Shown: positions 1 through 8,269 of the stretch, piece by piece | Layout: each line of letters opens with the position of its first letter | How positions within the stretch are numbered: the stretch's first letter is position 1 | Made by a program: the position numbers and the translations under genes | The notes under the pieces: generated by a model | Told to the model about the DNA's origin: nothing | Seen by the model: only the letters and a program-made list of their open reading frames with translations | Databases searched by the model: none | Virus record (IMG/VR): IMGVR_UViG_3300009074_000003 | Origin: an uncultured virus (IMG/VR IMGVR_UViG_3300009074_000003) | Taxonomy: Duplodnaviria; Heunggongvirae; Uroviricota; Caudoviricetes | Reading direction: 5' to 3' (one strand) | DNA: 64,000 bases

Positions 1-40
1 ATTAATGTTTCACCAAGTCTATTAGTTAAAAAGTAATTTA

Positions 41-90
41 AAGGCTTCCGGTGAATCGCTTGGAGAAGCGAGGAAGCTTTCGTATATTTA
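41..90 (+). promoter_or_regulatory. Inverted repeat overlapping an early-type promoter (TTGG-N~17-CGTATATTTA)
   Basis: AAGGCTTCC...TCGCTT-GGAG-AAGCGA-GGAAGCTTT hairpin, then CGTATATTTA at 81-90, upstream of the ORF at 145; the same promoter motif recurs elsewhere. Confidence 0.5.
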
Positions 91-144
91 CGGGGTAAAT
101 GAGGTTAAAACACAATAAAAGTTTAATTTAAATAAATAAAAGTT

Positions 145-960
145 ATGATGAATTCAGAAAATTTGCAAGAAGCAAAGTATTTAACAAAAGAAGCGATTGC
201 CAAAATGGCACCTTCAGTTTTTTCAACGAAGCCAAGTAGTGAGGTTTCAGACAAGTATACACACATTCCAACGGAGCGTGTAATTGATGATATGGAGCTT
301 CTAGGTTGGAAGCCAATTGAAGCCAAAGAAGTTAAGGCTCGTAAGAACTCAACAAAAGGATTTCAAAAGCACTTGCTAGTGTTTAGAAATGATGATGTTG
401 TTATTAATGGTAGTGATGGTGATACAGTTTTTCCACAAATTCTACTAACAAATTCTCACGATGGTAAGAATTCCTTCCAATTTCAAGCAGGTTTATATCG
501 TTTGATTTGTGCAAATGGTTTAGTTATTGCAGATACGCAATTTGAAGCCGTTAAAATGCGTCATATGGGTTATACATTTGAGGATCTTCAGGTTTTACTT
601 AAGGACATGGTAGAAAAGCTTCCGCTTACAGTTGAATCTATGAATAAGATGAAAGCTCAAGAAATGGCAGAAGAAGAAATTCTACAATTTGCTAAAGATG
701 CCATTAATACTAGATTTTCAAAGCAAGAAATGAAGCGTATTGAAATTGATTATAAAGCTTTAGTTCAGCCCGTACGTAAGGAAGATTACGGTACAGACCT
801 TTGGTCAGTATTTAATGTAGTTCAAGAAAAAATTGTAACAGGTGACTTCGATTACCGAGCAGGTGGTAAAGCACGTAAAGCTCGTGAGATAAAGAACTTC
901 AAGCAAGATATGAAGATCAATAAAGAATTGTTTGATGTAGCACTTCAATATGCGAACTAG
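145..960 (+). CDS. DUF932/DUF945-family protein (phage/plasmid early protein)
   Basis: APSVF..., S-x-x-Y-x-x-IPT, KH, LxNSHDG and GLYRLICANGLV motifs typical of the family. Confidence 0.8.
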   Translation: MMNSENLQEAKYLTKEAIAKMAPSVFSTKPSSEVSDKYTHIPTERVIDDMELLGWKPIEAKEVKARKNSTKGFQKHLLVFRNDDVVINGSDGDTVFPQILLTNSHDGKNSFQFQAGLYRLICANGLVIADTQFEAVKMRHMGYTFEDLQVLLKDMVEKLPLTVESMNKMKAQEMAEEEILQFAKDAINTRFSKQEMKRIEIDYKALVQPVRKEDYGTDLWSVFNVVQEKIVTGDFDYRAGGKARKAREIKNFKQDMKINKELFDVALQYAN

Positions 961-1354
961 AGTCACATGGTTAAATGGTTGTTTTGATGTGCTCCATGCG
1001 GGGCACATCCAACTATTTAAAAGAGCTTGGGAGGAAGGAAATGATGTGATAGTAGGAATTGACTCAGATGAGCGTATTCGTCAGATGAAGGGTGATTGTA
1101 GACCGGTGAATTCTCTTGAAAATAGAATGCTCTTCCTACAAAGTATAAAATACATTAGGAATGTAATTCCTTTCAATACGGATGATGAGCTAGATGGTTT
1201 AATTAAACGCTTGGCTCCCGAAGTATTTGTAATTGGTGAGGAGTATAGAAATAAGACAATTATAGGTAAAAAGTGGGCTAAAGCAATGTTGTATGTGCCT
1301 CGCTATCAAGGCTTAAGTTCTTCGGATATTATAAACGGAACCCACAACTCATGA
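950..1354 (+). CDS. Cytidylyltransferase-like nucleotidyltransferase (RfaE domain II/TagD-like)
   Basis: NGCFDVLHAGH (HxGH), VGIDSD, KG-x-x-RP and C-terminal SSSDII. Confidence 0.88.
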   Translation: MRTRVTWLNGCFDVLHAGHIQLFKRAWEEGNDVIVGIDSDERIRQMKGDCRPVNSLENRMLFLQSIKYIRNVIPFNTDDELDGLIKRLAPEVFVIGEEYRNKTIIGKKWAKAMLYVPRYQGLSSSDIINGTHNS

Positions 1355-1362
1355 TATTTATA
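1355..1362 (+). promoter_or_regulatory. Putative late promoter TATTTATA
   Basis: Motif just after the upstream stop and ~17 nt before the ATG at 1379; recurs before many genes. Confidence 0.6.
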
Positions 1363-1378
1363 ACAAAATAATAGAATT

Positions 1379-1744
1379 ATGCCAACATATCCCAGCTCAT
1401 CACTAAACGGAAGTGGATCTTTAGGAACGTCAGTTATGACTGCCGGTCAACAATATCTCTTTGAATTAGAAAATACCGCGACGACGATTGGTTCGGTAGC
1501 TTACTTTACACTGGAAGCTAACTCAACCGCAAATCAAAATCTTCTTACTCAAACACCAATAGCCGGAGCGTTTGGTGGTTTTTTACAAGATATTGATGAA
1601 GGGTCTTTGCAAGAAAATACCTATGGTTTTTCCGTAAGTCTATTTGGTAAGGGTGGTTCATTTACATTTACCCCTACTACCACAATTCCTGCAAATACTT
1701 ACTATTTAAAAACAACTGGTCGTGTAGGGTTGGTGATATCATAA
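1379..1744 (+). CDS. Hypothetical Ser/Thr/Gly-rich protein, possibly virion-associated
   Basis: 121-aa ORF behind a TATTTATA motif; composition suggests a beta-rich fold. Confidence 0.55.
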   Translation: MPTYPSSSLNGSGSLGTSVMTAGQQYLFELENTATTIGSVAYFTLEANSTANQNLLTQTPIAGAFGGFLQDIDEGSLQENTYGFSVSLFGKGGSFTFTPTTTIPANTYYLKTTGRVGLVIS

Positions 1745-1816
1745 TATATACGTATGTATAGATGTTATATTGTTAAGGAGAGAAGTTTCGAGACGACCTA
1801 ATTAAAATTAAAAAAT

Positions 1817-1954
1817 ATGTTATATAAAATCAAGATTACTGAAAGTGAAAGTGGAAAAGTACAAGAAATGCAAATTAAAACCGATCGTTTAGAATGGTTT
1901 ATGGAGCAATATCAAAGAAATAGACCTGTTTTTACTTGGGAAATTATTAAGTAA
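1817..1954 (+). CDS. Small hypothetical protein, 45 aa (not in ORF track)
   Basis: ATG after an A-rich leader; MLYKIKITESESGKVQEMQIKTDRLEWFMEQYQRNRPVFTWEIIK*. Confidence 0.6.
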   Translation: MLYKIKITESESGKVQEMQIKTDRLEWFMEQYQRNRPVFTWEIIK

Positions 1955-1957
1955 GTT

Positions 1958-2131
1958 ATGGATCTTTTTAATAAGAAGAAGGTTGTAAACCTTCAAAAAA
2001 ATATTAATAAGTGTAATGCTACTATTCTAAAAATGAGTCAAGACATTGATTATCTTAAAGAAGTTAATAGAAAACTAAAGGAAGAAAATAGCAATTTAAA
2101 ATATACTCTAAAACATCAAAGAACTTATTAA
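1958..2131 (+). CDS. Small coiled-coil hypothetical protein, 57 aa (not in ORF track)
   Basis: AAGTTATG start context 3 nt after the previous stop; open frame to TAA at 2129-2131. Confidence 0.55.
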   Translation: MDLFNKKKVVNLQKNINKCNATILKMSQDIDYLKEVNRKLKEENSNLKYTLKHQRTY

Positions 2132-2136
2132 ATAAA

Positions 2137-2168
2137 TTTGGTTTTTTAAGATATCTTTCGTATATTCA
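2137..2168 (+). promoter_or_regulatory. Early/host-type promoter TTTGG-N17-CGTATATTCA
   Basis: Near-identical spacing and sequence at 3136-3167; resembles the Bacteroidota -33 TTTG / -7 TAnnTTTG promoter. Confidence 0.6.
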
Positions 2169-2192
2169 CCACGTAATAAAAAAATAAAGGTT

Positions 2193-3131
2193 ATGAATCT
2201 AGGATACGCTTGTATTAATACTGCACTAAGTGCTAACAAAATTATGACAAATCGCACAATGCGTCGAAAAACATTTGATGCTAAAGGTATTGATTATGTC
2301 TCCGATCTTGCATTACTTAATGTTAAAGATCTTAAAACTATTGTTCAGTGGAATAATGAGATGAAAATCAAGTTATTTCGGTTATCTAGCCAAATATTCC
2401 CTTGGTCAGATGAATATGATGTTAAAACTCTTAAAGATTATGATGAGATTAAATCAATAATGTTTGAGATTGGGCAAATTGCTAAAGATGGAGGACAACG
2501 ACTTACGATGCATCCAGGCCCTTATAATTGTTTAGCTTCACCTACTCAAAAAGTAGTTGAAAAAACTATTAGAGAATTAAATTTTCATAGTGAGCAATTT
2601 AATATGATGGGTTATGACCCATCACCTTACAATAAAATAAATATTCATGTTGGAGGTGCATATGGTGATAAATCCACAACGTTGGCGCGTTTTGTGCAGA
2701 ATTTTAGTTTATTGAATATTGACACTCAAAAACGCTTAGTTATTGAAAATGATGACAGTCCAAACGAATACTCTGTTAAAGATTTGTTTGATGGTATTTA
2801 TCAACAAATTGGTATTCCAATTACATTTGATTATTTCCATCATAAATTTAATACTGGAGGGTTAACTGAGGAAGAAGCACTTAAAATGGCATCTATTACT
2901 TGGCCTGAAGGTGTTACTCAATGTTGTCATTATTCTGAAAGTAGACGTGAAGAAAAATTAGATGAAACAATTCGCCCTCAAGCTCACTCTGATTTAATTT
3001 ATAATAAAATTAATACTTATGGTCTTAACCCAGATATAGTAATAGAAGCTAAATTAAAAGAACAGTCTATTTTTAATATAGGTCAAGATTCAGAAGAGAA
3101 TGAATTTAAAGTTTTAACACAAGCTTGTTAG
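2193..3131 (+). CDS. uvsE: UV-damage endonuclease (UvsE/UvdE family)
   Basis: LGYACIN, LFRLSS, RLTMHPG, INIHVGG, RLVIENDD, FDYFHH, HYSE, AHSD and IEAKxKE motifs. Confidence 0.93.
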   Translation: MNLGYACINTALSANKIMTNRTMRRKTFDAKGIDYVSDLALLNVKDLKTIVQWNNEMKIKLFRLSSQIFPWSDEYDVKTLKDYDEIKSIMFEIGQIAKDGGQRLTMHPGPYNCLASPTQKVVEKTIRELNFHSEQFNMMGYDPSPYNKINIHVGGAYGDKSTTLARFVQNFSLLNIDTQKRLVIENDDSPNEYSVKDLFDGIYQQIGIPITFDYFHHKFNTGGLTEEEALKMASITWPEGVTQCCHYSESRREEKLDETIRPQAHSDLIYNKINTYGLNPDIVIEAKLKEQSIFNIGQDSEENEFKVLTQAC

Positions 3132-3135
3132 TAAA

Positions 3136-3167
3136 TTTGGAAAATTGAAAATCAATTCGTATATTCA
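3136..3167 (+). promoter_or_regulatory. Early/host-type promoter TTTGG-N17-CGTATATTCA
   Basis: Repeat of the motif at 2137-2168. Confidence 0.6.
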
Positions 3168-3185
3168 CGTATAATAAAAATAAAT

Positions 3186-3386
3186 ATGTTACCACAATTT
3201 AAAAAAGATTTTTTGGAAAAGATGAGTCAAGAAGAAATGATTAGTTTTAATGAAATATGGTTAAGAGTAATAAAACATGGTTTACAATTTGAAGTAACTT
3301 ATACAGCATTAGAAGAAATGAAATCTAATCCTGAATCATCTCCTCTCCTTTGTTTGCAGATTGCAGCAGAAGATTGGGATTGTTAA
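3186..3386 (+). CDS. Hypothetical protein
   Basis: 66-aa ORF directly after the promoter motif. Confidence 0.65.
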   Translation: MLPQFKKDFLEKMSQEEMISFNEIWLRVIKHGLQFEVTYTALEEMKSNPESSPLLCLQIAAEDWDC

Positions 3387-3428
3387 AAAATTGTTCGTAT
3401 ATTTAAATATAAATTAAAAATCAAAGTT

Positions 3429-3620
3429 ATGTCAGAAAAAGAAAAAGATCCACAAGTTGAACTCATTAATGAGGCTATCCAATTATCAAAAATTAGAGAT
3501 ACATATTGGGATTACCATCCATCAAATCCAAAATCAATAGATGTTACTATCGAGATTCCTAAAATCGATAAAGCTATTGAGGAAATTGAAAACAAACTTA
3601 AACTTATTACTAGTAATTAA
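3429..3620 (+). CDS. Hypothetical protein
   Basis: 63-aa ORF with TTCGTATATTTA upstream and an AAAGTTATG start. Confidence 0.65.
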   Translation: MSEKEKDPQVELINEAIQLSKIRDTYWDYHPSNPKSIDVTIEIPKIDKAIEEIENKLKLITSN

Positions 3621-3627
3621 ACCGAAT

Positions 3628-3716
3628 GCCGCTGTGGTGGAATTGGTAGACACGACAGACTTAAAATCTGTTGAGCCGAATGGCTCGTGGCGGTTCGAGT
3701 CCGCCCAGCGGTACCA
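3628..3716 (+). tRNA. tRNA-Leu (anticodon TAA)
   Basis: GCCGCTG/CAGCGGT acceptor stem, TGGTAGAC D-loop, ACAGA-CTTAAAA-TCTGT anticodon arm, long variable arm, GGTTCGAGTCC T-arm, encoded CCA. Confidence 0.95.
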
Positions 3717-3747
3717 ACACTCCTAAAACGTTATTTTTTTATAGAAT

Positions 3748-3824
3748 GGACTCGTAGCTCAGCTGGATAGAGCAATACCCTTCTAAGGTATCGGTCGTAG
3801 GTTCGAATCCTACCGGGTTCACCA
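3748..3824 (+). tRNA. tRNA-Arg (anticodon TCT)
   Basis: GGACTCG/CGGGTTC acceptor stem, AGCTCAGCTGGATAGAGC D-arm, ATACC-CTTCTAA-GGTAT anticodon arm, GGTTCGAATCC T-arm, encoded CCA. Confidence 0.95.
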
Positions 3825-3827
3825 CAT

Positions 3828-3906
3828 AGGCATGTATCTCCTCAAGCTTATACCTTGTAGAAAGAGTAATTGGTTACATGAGAGTTCAAGTCTCTCCTTG
3901 CCTACC
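3828..3906 (+). ncRNA. Atypical tRNA-like element (apparent anticodon TAT, no D-arm in the normal position)
   Basis: AGGCATG/CTTGCCT acceptor-like stem, perfect T-arm GAGAG-TTCAAGT-CTCTC, CAAG-CTTATAC-CTTG anticodon-like arm, extra GTAA-TTGG-TTAC hairpin; ends ACC. Confidence 0.6.
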
Positions 3907-3971
3907 TTAAAGAAGATTTACATATGTATTAGTGATAAAACGTTATTCTACTTTACACTCTCTATTACTTA

Positions 3972-4955
3972 ATGTATAAATTTCTTCTTTCCCTTGCGGT
4001 TATATTACTGCCCTTATCGTTATTTTCCCAATCTCCAGATGCCATAATAGGTGATGTAGAAATTGAAACTGGGTGTATTGGTGATACACCTTTTTATAAC
4101 ATAAATTATGTTGTATGGAATTTTGGTGATGAAGAAATTACAGACTATTGTATTGAAATTTGGAATGAAGATTATTATCAATGTTTTAGTAGTGATTTAT
4201 TTGGGGCTTATGCAATTCCTCCTGGGGAAGGGCAATTCTTTACTACTCCTTATTTTGAAATGGAAGGGCCTGGTAGTATTTTTGTAATGTCTGTTGATGG
4301 TATTTTAAATGAAATCGTTACTGGAAATAATAATACAACTGTATTCTTACCTGAAATACCTGAGTGTCCTGTTGATTGTTTAAACGATACAATTACTATA
4401 ACTTTACCACCAGATACTATTATACAAACGCAAATTGACACCGTTATAACGCAAGAATACGTGTATTTAACCGATACAATTGTGGAATACATAGCAGATA
4501 CTGTAGTTGTAGACAATTACATATATACAGTAGATACTTTGGAAGTTGAAGTTTTAGAGTATGTTTTTTTAACAGATACTATCACAAAAATTATTGAAGT
4601 AGATTGTAATACTGGTTTGCCCTGTAGTGAATTAATTATTGATGGGTGCTGGCCTTGGAATGTTTTTATACCTAATGTACTAACCCCAAATAATGATGGT
4701 ATAAATGATGTTTGGGAAATTATTTTTGATTTAGAGTGTTGGGTTGATGTAGAATTTAAGATTTACAATAGATGGGGAAGTTTAGTTTTTGAAGGTTACG
4801 GAGAAGATTATAGCAGTTATCCTTATTGGGATGGTAGTATGCAAGGTGGATCCTCTTATGTGGTTGATGGAATATATGTTTATACTTTCTATGCTAGAAA
4901 ATATAATTCCCCAGAAATATATCAAAAATCTGGGCATCTTACAATATTAAGGTAA
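3972..4955 (+). CDS. Secreted protein with T9SS type-B (gliding motility-associated, CHU_C-like) C-terminal domain
   Basis: N-terminal signal peptide; C-terminal IPNVLTPNNDGINDVW, IYNRWG, WDG, GIYVY and GHLTILR* motifs. Confidence 0.85.
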   Translation: MYKFLLSLAVILLPLSLFSQSPDAIIGDVEIETGCIGDTPFYNINYVVWNFGDEEITDYCIEIWNEDYYQCFSSDLFGAYAIPPGEGQFFTTPYFEMEGPGSIFVMSVDGILNEIVTGNNNTTVFLPEIPECPVDCLNDTITITLPPDTIIQTQIDTVITQEYVYLTDTIVEYIADTVVVDNYIYTVDTLEVEVLEYVFLTDTITKIIEVDCNTGLPCSELIIDGCWPWNVFIPNVLTPNNDGINDVWEIIFDLECWVDVEFKIYNRWGSLVFEGYGEDYSSYPYWDGSMQGGSSYVVDGIYVYTFYARKYNSPEIYQKSGHLTILR

Positions 4956-5019
4956 AAATTACTTGGATTGCTAGTATTTATACCATATATTATGACTTTA
5001 ATACTATAAAATTTTTAAA

Positions 5020-5208
5020 ATGAGCCATTACGAAGACGCACTTTATGAAGTTTATGAAACAGTACAAAGAGAAGGATTAAAAGAAAAGTTTGACATACAA
5101 ACTAAAAAAATGCAATCTCAAGATAAACATAAAAATAAAACTGTGGTTGAAAAGTGGGAGTATGCTTTATATAGGATAAGAGGTGGTAATAGTAAAGATC
5201 GTTACTAA
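5020..5208 (+). CDS. Hypothetical protein
   Basis: 62-aa ORF abutting the next gene. Confidence 0.6.
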   Translation: MSHYEDALYEVYETVQREGLKEKFDIQTKKMQSQDKHKNKTVVEKWEYALYRIRGGNSKDRY

Positions 5209-5210
5209 GT

Positions 5211-5645
5211 ATGAAAAAAATGGATTTTGATAATATATTTAACCTATTTGGTGAAGAAGATGTAAGTAATAATACTACTACTTATACTAATTTAACCTCA
5301 ACTCCCCTATATTGGTTAGGTATGCATACAAAACTTATCCTTAATCATATAAATTTTAGGAAAAAAGCAATACGATTGTTAAAAAATTCAAATATGGAGT
5401 TAGATCCTGCAGAATTAGCAGCTGCCGGTGAAGTAATTGCTTATAATAGAGCTTGGTTTTATATTAAAAAAATAGATCTTAGTAATAAAGATCATGTTGA
5501 GGCTATATTGGCACATGGTGATGATTTTTTGGAAACTTCTTTAGAATTAGCCATCAAACATTTCCAATCCCCAGAAAGAGAAGAGTATGAAAAATGTCTT
5601 CATCTTTTAGAAGTTCTTAAACTATCAAAAGAATTACGACTTTAA
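5211..5645 (+). CDS. Hypothetical protein with a C-terminal UVR-like helix pair
   Basis: 144-aa ORF; ends ...EEYEKCLHLLEVL. Confidence 0.6.
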   Translation: MKKMDFDNIFNLFGEEDVSNNTTTYTNLTSTPLYWLGMHTKLILNHINFRKKAIRLLKNSNMELDPAELAAAGEVIAYNRAWFYIKKIDLSNKDHVEAILAHGDDFLETSLELAIKHFQSPEREEYEKCLHLLEVLKLSKELRL

Positions 5646-5792
5646 GTAGGATACCAGAGAAATTTTGGGTACCTTGGAAATACGGGTTTTGAAGATATTT
5701 AGGAAAATGAAAGAATAGGAAATGAGGAGTATAGGTTGGATGAATGAGGGGGTTATTGTATATTATAGACACATTAATAAAATAAAAATAAT

Positions 5793-5990
5793 ATGGCATT
5801 TAGAAACAAAGAATTGGTTGACAAAGGGTTTGTAAATATTAAATCCGGAGTTAAAACATTAGATCTAATGGTATCCCGTGGAGGAAGCGACATTGATACT
5901 TTTAGAAAAAAAATAAAAGAGGTTTATGATAAAATTGAAGAGGTAGAATCTTTAGTTGAACGCGAAGCCGGAGTTCTAAGAAACGGATAA
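5793..5990 (+). CDS. Hypothetical protein
   Basis: 65-aa ORF with an A-rich leader. Confidence 0.6.
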   Translation: MAFRNKELVDKGFVNIKSGVKTLDLMVSRGGSDIDTFRKKIKEVYDKIEEVESLVEREAGVLRNG

Positions 5991-6006
5991 TACAAAAATA
6001 AAAGTT

Positions 6007-6780
6007 ATGAAATTAACAGCAGACCAAATTCAAATGAATTGGGTGGAATTTTTGAGTAATATTGATACTTATATTTCCTCTCCTCGTAAAGAACAACTAA
6101 CTAAATTTTATGAAAAGTATGCGGAACGTATTATGTTTATGCCTGCTGCTCATAAAAAAGAATATCACTCTGCCTTTCCTGGAGGTTATGTAGATCATGT
6201 TAATAGAGTAGTTAAAGCTGCTTTATCAATGTCTGCTGTTTGGGAAGGTTTTGGTTGTGATATGACTACTTTTACTACTGAAGAATTAGTATTCTCAGCT
6301 ATTAATCATGATTTAGGTAAAATGGGGGATGATAACCATGAAGCTTATATCCCACAAACTGATAAATGGAGAAAAGATAAACTAGGTGAAGATTATATGT
6401 TTAATAAAGAATTAGCATTTTCAGCTGTCCCAGATAGAGGATTATTTTTACTTCAAGATAATAACATTAAATATACATTTAATGAAATGGTAGCAATCCA
6501 AACACATGATGGGTTATATGATTCAGCTAATGAAAAATATTTAAAGGGTTATATGCCAGAACAAAAACCACGCACTTCATTACCATTTATTTTACATCAA
6601 GCAGATATGATGGCAGCTAGAATTGAATTTGAAATTGAATGGTTGCCTAAATTTAAAAATAACTTGGATACCAGTAAAAATAATTTTACATTGGGTAATA
6701 ATAAGAAAACCTCTACAAAAAATAAAGCCTTAGGCTCTATTAAAAGTGAAGGTTTACAAAACATTTTTGATAAACTATAA
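6007..6780 (+). CDS. HD-domain phosphohydrolase
   Basis: PAA-x-x-x-x-YHSAFPGGYVDH, HDLGKMG, HDG and LHQAD motifs. Confidence 0.85.
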   Translation: MKLTADQIQMNWVEFLSNIDTYISSPRKEQLTKFYEKYAERIMFMPAAHKKEYHSAFPGGYVDHVNRVVKAALSMSAVWEGFGCDMTTFTTEELVFSAINHDLGKMGDDNHEAYIPQTDKWRKDKLGEDYMFNKELAFSAVPDRGLFLLQDNNIKYTFNEMVAIQTHDGLYDSANEKYLKGYMPEQKPRTSLPFILHQADMMAARIEFEIEWLPKFKNNLDTSKNNFTLGNNKKTSTKNKALGSIKSEGLQNIFDKL

Positions 6781-6782
6781 AT

Positions 6783-7076
6783 ATGGAAATTTATCCAACT
6801 ACATTATTTGTAACAATTGCAATTTTAAGCATTTTAGTTTTAGTCTTAGGATATACAACTTTTAATTTACTTAAGAAAAATGAAAGAGCAGAAGATATAG
6901 TATTAGGATATCTTGATTATTTAGATAAAATATCCAGGGTAATAGAAGTTGCCGATGAAAAGGTAAAAAAAATTGATGTAAAAGGATCTTTTGAGTCAGA
7001 TGATGAGGTAGGTTTTTTCTTTAAGCAAATTAAACAAATTCAAGAAATTCTAAATGATTTCCAATTAAAAGAATAA
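6783..7076 (+). CDS. Small protein with an N-terminal transmembrane helix
   Basis: Hydrophobic segment at residues ~8-30. Confidence 0.65.
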   Translation: MEIYPTTLFVTIAILSILVLVLGYTTFNLLKKNERAEDIVLGYLDYLDKISRVIEVADEKVKKIDVKGSFESDDEVGFFFKQIKQIQEILNDFQLKE

Positions 7077-7084
7077 AATAGCAG

Positions 7085-7897
7085 ATGGATGAAATAATAA
7101 GGAGGCATAAATCATTACCTCAGAAAAAAGTATATTTTTCAAAAGTGACAGAAGCAGCGATTGTAAGATACAATCGCTCCTCTGATCCCGAAGAGCGAAG
7201 TGATATATATGCCGAACATATACATTGGGGTTTTTATAAACTTACAGAAAATATCATCCATACTTTTAAGTTTTATCATACTGATGGGGTAGAAAATTTA
7301 GAAGATTTACAACATGAGATAATTACCTTTTTATTATCTAAAATACATCTATTTAATCCTGAAAATGGAGCTAAAGCCTATTCATATTTTGGAACTATAG
7401 TTAAACGTTGGTTAATAGTATACAACCAAAAAAATTACGGTAAAAAAATAAAAAATATAGCAATTTCAGATTTAAATCACTACTCACAATTAGATACATC
7501 AGATCCTTCATTTATTATATCACAAAATAGATTAGATGATACTCAAGTTTTAGTTGAAGATGAAGAATTTAGTAGTAGAAATTTAAAAGAAAATAAAGAC
7601 TATAAATATGAAGATCGTTTATCTTTATTTATAGACCAATATGTAAAATATTGTACTGATAGAATTTATGTTTTATTTCCTAAAGGTAATGATGCTACTA
7701 TAGCTGATGCCATTTTAGAATTATTTAGAAAAAGAGATGCCATTGATGTATTTAATAAAAAGGCACTTTATATCTACATTCGTGAGATGGTAGATGTTAA
7801 AACTCCAAAAATAACTAAAATAGCTAATAAATTATATGCTATATTTAAAGAAAAGTATATGTTTTATTTAGAACATGGCTACTTTCCACCAAAATAG
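7085..7897 (+). CDS. Putative phage sigma factor (T4 gp55-like, late transcription)
   Basis: Sigma region-2-like segment EDLQHEIITFLLSKIHLFNPENGAKAYSYFGTIVKRW; lies just before the structural block. Confidence 0.65.
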   Translation: MDEIIRRHKSLPQKKVYFSKVTEAAIVRYNRSSDPEERSDIYAEHIHWGFYKLTENIIHTFKFYHTDGVENLEDLQHEIITFLLSKIHLFNPENGAKAYSYFGTIVKRWLIVYNQKNYGKKIKNIAISDLNHYSQLDTSDPSFIISQNRLDDTQVLVEDEEFSSRNLKENKDYKYEDRLSLFIDQYVKYCTDRIYVLFPKGNDATIADAILELFRKRDAIDVFNKKALYIYIREMVDVKTPKITKIANKLYAIFKEKYMFYLEHGYFPPK

Positions 7898-7910
7898 TTT
7901 TAATAATGCA

Positions 7911-7918
7911 TATTTATA
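7911..7918 (+). promoter_or_regulatory. Putative late promoter TATTTATA
   Basis: Intergenic, 12 nt before the ATG at 7931. Confidence 0.65.
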
Positions 7919-7930
7919 ATCAAAAACATT

Positions 7931-8269
7931 ATGGGACAGTTAGATTCATACGTTTTTGGGGATAAAAAATTTTCTGATTTATTAGAAGAAATCTACCAAA
8001 ACCAAAAAAAGAGAGATACTCAAGTAGTAGCTTTAATATCAGAATTAAAACCTTTAGTTCAAGAAATAGGTGATGCTACTCTTATAGTTCCTCTTATTAA
8101 AGAATATATGGAAATTGGAGTTAAAAATGATGATGCTCTAATTAAAATGGCTACTATTGTTCAAAGAGCGCTTCAAAACCAAGATGAAGATGGTGGATTA
8201 GGAATTAGTGAAGAAGAAAAAGAACAATTATTAGCTGAGATGGAAAAAATTTCAAAAGAAAATAAATAA
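7931..8269 (+). CDS. Hypothetical helical protein (terminase small subunit is one possibility)
   Basis: 112-aa all-alpha/coiled-coil ORF at the head of a late operon. Confidence 0.55.
   Translation: MGQLDSYVFGDKKFSDLLEEIYQNQKKRDTQVVALISELKPLVQEIGDATLIVPLIKEYMEIGVKNDDALIKMATIVQRALQNQDEDGGLGISEEEKEQLLAEMEKISKENK

Noticed and set aside
3541..3726. 61-aa + strand ORF
   Set aside because: Overlaps the 3429 gene out of frame and runs through tRNA-Leu
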